Part shown: piece after piece, positions 26,308-32,000 of the stretch
Layout: every line of letters begins with the position of its first letter
Position numbering within the stretch: the first letter of the stretch is position 1
Source of the DNA: Thermodesulfobacterium commune DSM 2178
Lineage (GTDB): Bacteria > Desulfobacterota > Thermodesulfobacteria > Thermodesulfobacteriales > Thermodesulfobacteriaceae
Length of the DNA: 32,000 nt
Direction of reading: 5' to 3'
Assembly (NCBI RefSeq): GCF_000734015.1
Contig: NZ_CP008796.1
Span: forward strand, 810,001 to 842,000
The notes under the pieces: model-generated
What the model was told of the DNA's origin: nothing
Seen by the model: the letters and a program-made list of their open reading frames with translations, nothing else
Databases searched by the model: none
Program-made: the position numbers and the translations under genes

Positions 26308-26736
26308 ATGTTTAAGGTTCCTGAAGATAGACTATATACCGAAGGGCATCTCTGGGTGAAAAAAAAGAAGAAAAAATTGGTAAGAATAGGTATTACTGAA
26401 TATTTTATTTTAAAAAATATGGAAATAATCGATATTGACCTTCCTGAAGAGGAAGAAGAATTTGAAAAAGATGAAATTTTTGGAAGTATCGAAACTATAG
26501 AGCAAGTTTTCGACCTTTTAATGCCTGTTTCTGGTAAGATAGTAAAGGTTAACGAAAAAGTTTTAGAAGACATAGAAATTCTTAATGAGGACCCTTTTGA
26601 TGAAGGATGGCTTATCGAAATAGAGATGACCAACCCGGCTGAACTCGAAGAGCTTTTGCCTCCAGAGGATTACGAGCTTCGGCTTGAAGATTTAGAAGAT
26701 GTTGGACCAGAAAAATTTTTGGAGGAAGAAGAATGA
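26308..26736 (+). CDS. Glycine-cleavage H-like protein lacking the lipoyl-lysine, with acidic tail
   Basis: YTEGHLWV, RIGITEY, PVSGKIVKVNE, NEDPFDEGWLIEIEM. The lipoyl-hairpin position reads ETIEQ instead of ES[VI]KA. GGAGGT SD. ATGA overlap with fabD. Confidence 0.75.
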   Translation: MFKVPEDRLYTEGHLWVKKKKKKLVRIGITEYFILKNMEIIDIDLPEEEEEFEKDEIFGSIETIEQVFDLLMPVSGKIVKVNEKVLEDIEILNEDPFDEGWLIEIEMTNPAELEELLPPEDYELRLEDLEDVGPEKFLEEEE

Positions 26737-27677
26737 TTGCCTGCGTTTTTCCTGGACAAGGATCTCAGTATATAGGAATGGGTAAAGAGTTTTACGAACA
26801 TTTCGAATATATTAAAGACCTCTTTATCAAAAGCGAGGAAGTCACCGGTCTTCCTGTAAGAAAATTATGTTTTGAAGGACCTATGGAGGAGCTTACCCAA
26901 ACAGAAAAACTTCAGGTGTGTCTTACGGTGGTTAACATAGCTTGTTTTAATGTGCTTTTAAATGAGGTTTTAGGTGGAAATAAAAGTCTGATTTCTTTTG
27001 TAGCCGGGCATAGTCTGGGTGAATACAGCGCACTTTTTGCAGCTGAAGTTTTATCCCTGGAAGAGGTTCTTTCAGCGGTCAAACTAAGAGGTAAGGTTAT
27101 GCAAGAAGCTGCTGAGAAAAATCCTTCTGGGATGTATGCCATCATCGGAATTAACAGAGACGAGTTAGAAAAAACTATTCAACAGGTCAACGGGTTGATA
27201 GTCATTGCCAATTTTAACTCTCCTAAGCAGTTGGTGGTAAGTGGAGAAGTTTCTGCTTTAGAAGAATTAGCGAAAAAAGTCAAAGAATTAGGGGCTAAGG
27301 CTGTTAAACTTAAGGTAAATGCTGGTTTTCATAGTCCTTTCATGAAAGAAGCCGAGGATAAACTTGCCTCTTATTTAGAATCTTTTTCCTGGAAAAATCC
27401 CAGAATACCTGTAGTAACTAATGTTTCTGGTAGAGCTGAAATCGAAGGGAAAAAACTTAAAGAACTTATGAAATCCCAGATTACTTCTTCTGTTAAATGG
27501 ACAGACTGTGTTCAGTTTATGTTTCAGCAAGGAGTAAAAACTTTTATAGAAGTAGGTCCTAAAAAGGTTTTGTGTGGCCTTATAACTCAAACTTTAGAAA
27601 ACCAGACTTTTAACTGTTTTAATCTGGAAAATTTAGAAACGTTACAAGCTTTAAAATTGGGTTTACAAAATACTTAA
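26733..27677 (+). CDS. fabD: Malonyl-CoA:ACP transacylase
   Basis: FPGQGSQYIGMG, active-site GHSLGEYSAL, GFHSPFM, 314 aa. Confidence 0.92.
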   Translation: MIACVFPGQGSQYIGMGKEFYEHFEYIKDLFIKSEEVTGLPVRKLCFEGPMEELTQTEKLQVCLTVVNIACFNVLLNEVLGGNKSLISFVAGHSLGEYSALFAAEVLSLEEVLSAVKLRGKVMQEAAEKNPSGMYAIIGINRDELEKTIQQVNGLIVIANFNSPKQLVVSGEVSALEELAKKVKELGAKAVKLKVNAGFHSPFMKEAEDKLASYLESFSWKNPRIPVVTNVSGRAEIEGKKLKELMKSQITSSVKWTDCVQFMFQQGVKTFIEVGPKKVLCGLITQTLENQTFNCFNLENLETLQALKLGLQNT

Positions 27678-27693
27678 TTGAATTATATTAAAA

Positions 27694-27713
27694 CCCTTAT
27701 ATGAAGATAAGGG
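27694..27713. other. Perfect 7-bp inverted repeat in the fabD-kor intergenic region
   Basis: CCCTTAT atgaag ATAAGGG. No U-tract follows on the plus strand, but a T-rich tract follows on the minus strand. Confidence 0.3.
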
Positions 27714-27751
27714 ACGAGTACACAAGTAAATCTTAATTAGGAGGTACGGAG

Positions 27752-27970
27752 ATTTTTAAGATAAAGATAGACGAAAACAGATGTAAAGCCTGTGGTTTGT
27801 GTATACATTTTTGTCCTAAACAAGTATTAGCCTTTTCTGAAAAAAGAAATCTTCAGGGTTATAAAATTGTTTATGCTAAAAACCCTGAAGCCTGTACTAT
27901 GTGTGGTATTTGTTATCTTGTATGTCCAGATATAGTGTTTACAAAAGAGGATGAAAATGAAAAAGGATAA
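27752..27970 (+). CDS. korD: 2-oxoacid:ferredoxin oxidoreductase delta subunit (2x[4Fe-4S] ferredoxin), probable ATT start
   Basis: Absent from the ORF track. The frame is bounded by TAA 27734-27736 and contains no in-frame ATG/GTG/TTG before the first cluster motif. AGGAGGT at 27739-27745 lies 6 nt before ATT 27752. Encodes FKIKIDENRCKACGLCIHFCP..CTMCGICYLVCP and stops at TAA 27968-27970. Confidence 0.6.
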   Translation: MFKIKIDENRCKACGLCIHFCPKQVLAFSEKRNLQGYKIVYAKNPEACTMCGICYLVCPDIVFTKEDENEKG

Positions 27971-29042
27971 AAAAATCTTAGCTAAGGGTGTTGAAGCTAT
28001 TGTATTTGGAGCTTTAGAAGCGGAATGTAAATGTTATTTTGGATATCCGATAACCCCTCAAAACGACATCCCAGAGCTTATGTCAAGAGAGCTACCTAAA
28101 AGAGGTGGGGTGTTTTTACAGGCTGAAAGTGAGCTTGCAGCCATCAACATGGTGCTTGGTGCCTGTGCTACTGGGGCTAGAGCAATGACCAGTTCTTCAA
28201 GCCCTGGTATTTCCCTTATGTGTGAATCTTTTTCTTATTTAGCGGCTCTTGAGCTTCCAGCGGTAGTTGTAAACGTAATGAGAGGTGGACCTGGTTTAGG
28301 AGGAATTGAAACCTCTCAGGGAGACTACTTTCAAGCAACTAAAGGTTCTGGGCATGGTGATTTTAGATTTTTGGTGTTAGCTCCTTCTAACGCTCAAGAA
28401 GCTTATGAACTTACTGCCAAAGCTTTTGAACTTGCAGAAAAATATAGAAACCCTGTGATGATTCTTTCAGATGCTATTTTAGGTCAGATGAAAGAACCTC
28501 TTGTTTTAAAAAAGTTAAAAATAAAAAAGTACCCACCAGAGACTTGGGCTTTGACCGGAGCTAAAGGCAGAAATAGCAGATTTTTTAGAAGTCTTTTTTT
28601 AGATGCTGAAGAACTTAGACAACATAACTTAAAGCTGATGAAGAAATACCAAACCATGCAAAAAGAAATAAGATATGAGGCAAAAGTTGAAGAAGATACT
28701 GAGGTCTTAGTCGTTGCCTTTGGTTCTATGGCAAGATTGGCTAATGAGGCTATCGAGGATCTTAGGAATAAAGGTTATCAAGTAGGATATTTTAGGCCTA
28801 TTACTTTATATCCTTTCCCCTATAAAACTCTGAAAGAAATAGTAACTAAGGCCAAAAAACCTCTTAAAATTTTAGTGCCTGAACAAAACTGTGGGCAGAT
28901 GTTTGAGGATGTGAAACTGGCGGTAGAAGGAAAAGCAGAGGTAATTTCTTTACCTTATCCTCCGAGCGTAGTTCCTTTTCCAGAAGACCTTAAAAAGGAG
29001 ATTAAAAAATGTCTAAACCCTTCCAAGTCCCGAAAAGTTTAA
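27951..29042 (+). CDS. korA: 2-oxoglutarate/2-oxoacid:ferredoxin oxidoreductase alpha subunit
   Basis: GYPITPQNDI, ESELAAINMVLGA, 363 aa. Sits in a D-A-B-C order as in oorDABC/korDABC. ATG 27957 is an alternative start. Confidence 0.85.
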   Translation: MKMKKDKKILAKGVEAIVFGALEAECKCYFGYPITPQNDIPELMSRELPKRGGVFLQAESELAAINMVLGACATGARAMTSSSSPGISLMCESFSYLAALELPAVVVNVMRGGPGLGGIETSQGDYFQATKGSGHGDFRFLVLAPSNAQEAYELTAKAFELAEKYRNPVMILSDAILGQMKEPLVLKKLKIKKYPPETWALTGAKGRNSRFFRSLFLDAEELRQHNLKLMKKYQTMQKEIRYEAKVEEDTEVLVVAFGSMARLANEAIEDLRNKGYQVGYFRPITLYPFPYKTLKEIVTKAKKPLKILVPEQNCGQMFEDVKLAVEGKAEVISLPYPPSVVPFPEDLKKEIKKCLNPSKSRKV

Positions 29043-29767
29043 AGAAAACACCTTTTCATTATTGTCCTGGTTGTCAACATGGCGTAGCTCATAGATTAGT
29101 ATGTGAGGTAATAGATGAATTAGGTATCCAAGATAAAAGTCTTGCTATTTCTTCTATTGGATGTTCTGTTTTTCTTTATTTTTATATAGATGTAGACATG
29201 ACAGAAGCCCCTCATGGAAGAGCCTGTGCTGCAGCTACAGGAGCCAAAAGAGCAAGGCCAGATTTAGTGGTGTTTACCTATCAGGGAGACGGAGATTTTG
29301 CTGCTATAGGTTTTAATGAAAGTTTTCAAGCAGCAGCAAGAGGAGAAAAAATCACCTCTATTATGATTAACAACACTATCTACGGAATGACCGGAGGTCA
29401 AGCTTCTCCTACCACCCTCCCTGGACAAAAAACAACCACCACGCCAGCAGGAAGGGATCCAGAAACCTTTGGGTACCCTCCTAAGATAGCTGAGATTTTG
29501 GCTACCCTTGAAGGAGTTGCCTATTCAGCCAGAGTAGCCCTAAACTCTCCTAAAAGGATTGTAGAAGCTAAAAGAGCGATCAAAAATGCCTTTTTAGCTC
29601 AAATAAACAATTTAGGATTTGGGTTTGTAGAAATTCTTTCTACTTGTCCTATCAACTGGAAGATGGACCCTGTATCTGCGGTTAAAGCTGTAGATAAAGT
29701 TATCGAATATTTTCCTTTAGGAATATTTAAAGATAAAGTAACTCCCTTTTTAAAAAATCAAAAATAA
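29009..29767 (+). CDS. korB: 2-oxoglutarate/2-oxoacid:ferredoxin oxidoreductase beta (TPP-binding) subunit
   Basis: CPGCQHG, TPP motif QGDGDFAAIGFNE..NNTIYGMTGGQ, 252 aa. Overlaps korA by 34 nt. Confidence 0.88.
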   Translation: MSKPFQVPKSLKKTPFHYCPGCQHGVAHRLVCEVIDELGIQDKSLAISSIGCSVFLYFYIDVDMTEAPHGRACAAATGAKRARPDLVVFTYQGDGDFAAIGFNESFQAAARGEKITSIMINNTIYGMTGGQASPTTLPGQKTTTTPAGRDPETFGYPPKIAEILATLEGVAYSARVALNSPKRIVEAKRAIKNAFLAQINNLGFGFVEILSTCPINWKMDPVSAVKAVDKVIEYFPLGIFKDKVTPFLKNQK

Positions 29768-29779
29768 GGAGAGAAGACC

Positions 29780-30352
29780 TTGAGGTTAGAACTTATCATA
29801 GCAGGTTTTGGAGGACAGGGAGTTCTTTTTACAGGAAATTTAATCGCTCAAGCCTCTATGCTTGCCGATTATCACGTAACCTACTTACCGGTTTATGGTC
29901 CTGAAATGAGGGGAGGCACATGTAATTGTACTGTAATTATCTCAGACAATCCTATTGCCTCTCCTTTAGTTCTTAATCCTTCATTTTTGATCATACTCAA
30001 TCTTCCCTCTTTTCTTAAGTTTATCCCAAGACTCAAAAATAAAGGTAGAGCTATCATTAATTCAGACTTAGTAAAACCTGAAGAAATTGACAACATAGAA
30101 GCCTTACAAAAAAAATATAAACTCTACTTTGTGCCAGTAAACTCTTTGGCTGAAAGTTTAGGTAAACCGATGTTAGCTAACATCTGTGCTTTAGGGGCTT
30201 TTTATAGGATTTCTAAAATTTTTTCAAAACAAAATTTTGAAGAAGCTTTAAAATATATGCTTGGAGAAAGTAAAGCTCATCTTATCGAGCCCAACTTAAA
30301 AGCCTTTGAGCTTGGTTCAAAATATATAGAGGAACACTACAAGATTAGATGA
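29780..30352 (+). CDS. korC: 2-oxoglutarate/2-oxoacid:ferredoxin oxidoreductase gamma subunit
   Basis: [21 protein letters not shown], 190 aa. TTG start after GGAGAG. Confidence 0.85.
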   Translation: MRLELIIAGFGGQGVLFTGNLIAQASMLADYHVTYLPVYGPEMRGGTCNCTVIISDNPIASPLVLNPSFLIILNLPSFLKFIPRLKNKGRAIINSDLVKPEEIDNIEALQKKYKLYFVPVNSLAESLGKPMLANICALGAFYRISKIFSKQNFEEALKYMLGESKAHLIEPNLKAFELGSKYIEEHYKIR

Positions 30353-30801
30353 AGGCTGTTATCCAACGGGTTAAAGAAGCTTCTGTTTCTGTAGACGGAA
30401 AAATTATCTCTCAAATCAACCAAGGACTCTTAGTATTAGCCTGTGTAGAAAAAGGGGATGATGAAAAAATTGTTGACTGGATGGCAGATAAAATCGTCAA
30501 TCTAAGGATTTTCCCAGACCCTGAAGGTAAGTTTAATCTCAGTTTAAAAAACATAAACGGTGAGGTATTATTGGTTTCAAATTTTACCATATGCGGACAA
30601 CTTAAAAAAGGTACACGACCTTCTTTTCACTTAGCAGAAGACCCAGCCCAAGCTGAAGCTATCCTAAAGAGTTTAGCTGAAAAAATCAAACAAAAAGGAA
30701 TAAATGTAAAGGAGGGGGTATTTAAAGCCTACATGGACATTGCCTTAATCAACGATGGCCCTGTTACCATAATTTTAGAAAAATCTAACCAAAAACCTTA
30801 A
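30349..30801 (+). CDS. dtd: D-aminoacyl-tRNA deacylase
   Basis: [30 protein letters not shown], 150 aa. ATGA overlap with korC. Confidence 0.92.
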   Translation: MKAVIQRVKEASVSVDGKIISQINQGLLVLACVEKGDDEKIVDWMADKIVNLRIFPDPEGKFNLSLKNINGEVLLVSNFTICGQLKKGTRPSFHLAEDPAQAEAILKSLAEKIKQKGINVKEGVFKAYMDIALINDGPVTIILEKSNQKP

Positions 30802-30868
30802 CCTTTATTTTAACCTTTATCTATTTTCAAGCTACATTTAGTTGTGTCTAACTCTGCAGGATAAATTG

Positions 30869-32000
30869 TCATTTTTCTACCAAAACTTTAACTTCACCTT
30901 CTTTATTTATTATGTTTATTCCTACATCGTTTCCGTAATTTTTAAGATATAAATCTACTTTTCCTCTTTTTATCTCAAAATTTTTTATCCACATTTCTTC
31001 TATAAAATCTGGAAGTAAGGGATGCTTAAAGCGAATTTCGTTTCCTTCTATTGTAAGTCCTAAACAACCTTGAAGAATTAAAAACACGGCTCCTGTAGAC
31101 CAAGCTTGTGGATAACAAGCTACAGGGTAATAAGTAGGGCCTTCGTTAACTCTTCTCTCAAGTCCACAAAAAAGTTCAGGAAGCCTATGAAGTTTAAAAA
31201 AAATACTTGCTTCAAAAAGAGCGTTTAAAATTCTTAAAGCTTCTTGTTTAAATCCATACAAACATAGACCAAAAGCTATGATAGCATTATCATGAGGCCA
31301 TACAGAACCATTATGATAGGAAAGAGGATTATATCTTTTCTCAAAAGAAGAAATCGTTCTTATACCCCATCCTGAAAAAAAATGTTTTTCAAAAAATAAA
31401 GAAGCAAGAATTCGAGCTTTGCTCATAGAAATAGCCTTAGTAAAAAGTAAATGACCTGCATTACTTGATCTAACTCTACAGGGTCTTTTATCTCCATCAA
31501 GAGCTAATACAAAACAATTTATTTCATCATCCCAAAATTTTTCCTCGATCAATTCTCTTAACCTTTCTGCTTCTTTTGCCCATTTTACTGCCAATTTTTC
31601 TTTTCCTAAAACTTTTGCAAGTTTTGATGCTTCTCTTTTGGCTTTATATACATATCCTTGAACCTCAACTAAAGCAATAGGTGGTTTTGCCAATTTACCA
31701 TCTTCATAGAACACACTATCTTCCGAATCTTTCCATCCTTTATTGATTAAACCTTTTTCGGAAGGTACATACTCTACCAGTCCATCTTTATCTATATCTC
31801 CATACTTATCTATCCATGTTATTGCCATTTGAATATTTTTCCAGATATTTTTTATAAACTCTATATCGCCTGTTCTTTCGAAATACTTACTTGCTAAAAT
31901 TACAAAAAGAGGAGTAGCATCTACACTTCCATAATACAAAGCATAAGGAATTTCTTTAGTTGCAGCCATTTCCCCTTTTCTTATCTCATGCACAATTTTC
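30869..32000 (-). CDS. Amylo-alpha-1,6-glucosidase / glycogen debranching enzyme (GDE_C, six-hairpin glycosidase); N-terminus lies outside the window
   Basis: YYGSVDATPLF, GWKDSEDS, HNGSVWPHDNA, YPQAWS. The frame stays open upstream of GVG 31993 (GTG codon) to the window edge. Confidence 0.75.
   Translation of the reverse strand, partial: KIVHEIRKGEMAATKEIPYALYYGSVDATPLFVILASKYFERTGDIEFIKNIWKNIQMAITWIDKYGDIDKDGLVEYVPSEKGLINKGWKDSEDSVFYEDGKLAKPPIALVEVQGYVYKAKREASKLAKVLGKEKLAVKWAKEAERLRELIEEKFWDDEINCFVLALDGDKRPCRVRSSNAGHLLFTKAISMSKARILASLFFEKHFFSGWGIRTISSFEKRYNPLSYHNGSVWPHDNAIIAFGLCLYGFKQEALRILNALFEASIFFKLHRLPELFCGLERRVNEGPTYYPVACYPQAWSTGAVFLILQGCLGLTIEGNEIRFKHPLLPDFIEEMWIKNFEIKRGKVDLYLKNYGNDVGINIINKEGEVKVLVEK

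Noticed and set aside
26268-26633. 121-aa minus-strand ORF antisense to the gcvH-like gene
   Set aside because: Serine-rich low-complexity product (SISISHPSSKGSS...SSSSSGRS) generated by the reverse complement of the Glu/Lys-rich sense frame. The sense frame has clear family motifs.
3360-30096. Remaining short (62-100 aa) ORFs in the track: 3360-3569, 4182-4388, 5152-5373, 11424-11636, 11641-11856, 16451-16648, 17338-17544, 17791-18006, 19138-19440, 21246-21467, 21880-22083, 23199-23402, 23752-23994, 24900-25100, 25456-25644, 26912-27145, 27375-27590, 29893-30096
   Set aside because: All are nested in, or antisense to, longer ORFs with unambiguous family signatures. None shows a recognisable motif or a good SD, so they are best explained as chance open frames.
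30798-30820. Two tandem copies of TTAACCTTTAT (period 12) straddling the dtd stop codon
   Set aside because: Only two short copies in AT-rich sequence, with no associated inverted repeat or hairpin. This is insufficient to call a regulatory repeat or a mobile-element end.
1-32000. Scan for tRNA/rRNA/other structured RNAs, CRISPR repeats, IS elements, integrases and prophage remnants
   Set aside because: All intergenic gaps are under 180 bp, AT-rich, and lack cloverleaf-like or extended GC-rich structure. I saw no regularly spaced direct repeats, no terminal inverted repeats, and no transposase or integrase-like ORFs in any frame.

Overview
AT-rich (roughly one-third GC by eye, not computed), very gene-dense bacterial chromosomal window. 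I support 31 protein-coding genes, two of them cut by the window edges, with tiny intergenic gaps and many 1-44 nt gene overlaps (TAATG, ATGA). Content is mostly core housekeeping. On the minus strand there is a remodelled macromolecular-synthesis string, rpsU-mutS2-dnaG-rpoD followed by a fused AhbA/B-like siroheme decarboxylase, and icd-ferredoxin-leuS-lptE. Central carbon genes include isocitrate dehydrogenase, FBP aldolase/phosphatase, a class I aminotransferase and a D-A-B-C 2-oxoacid:ferredoxin oxidoreductase operon, plus fabD and dtd. Envelope genes include M48 peptidase, TSUP permease, LptE, ExbD/TolR plus TonB/TolA-like, and a glycine-zipper lipoprotein. A co-directional cluster runs GspE/PilB-type ATPase, FdhD, beta-CASP RNase and a HARP-like PIN protein. 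The gene set (FBP A/P, AhbAB, KOR, HARP-like protein, diderm envelope genes) suggests a thermophilic anaerobic diderm such as Thermodesulfobacteriota or Aquificota; this is inference only. I see no rRNA, tRNA, CRISPR array, transposase, integrase or phage genes, and no convincing novel multi-gene system. The items most worth a second look are: (1) a candidate protein-only RNase P (HARP) next to a beta-CASP RNase; (2) a GcvH-like protein with Glu at the lipoyl-lysine position, overlapping fabD; (3) a LonC-like protease with degenerate Walker motifs and a possibly leaderless start; (4) a kor delta-subunit gene with no canonical start codon (ATT candidate), absent from the ORF track; (5) FdhD with a C-x-x-S loop. 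All family calls rest on motif recognition by eye, because no database search was possible.
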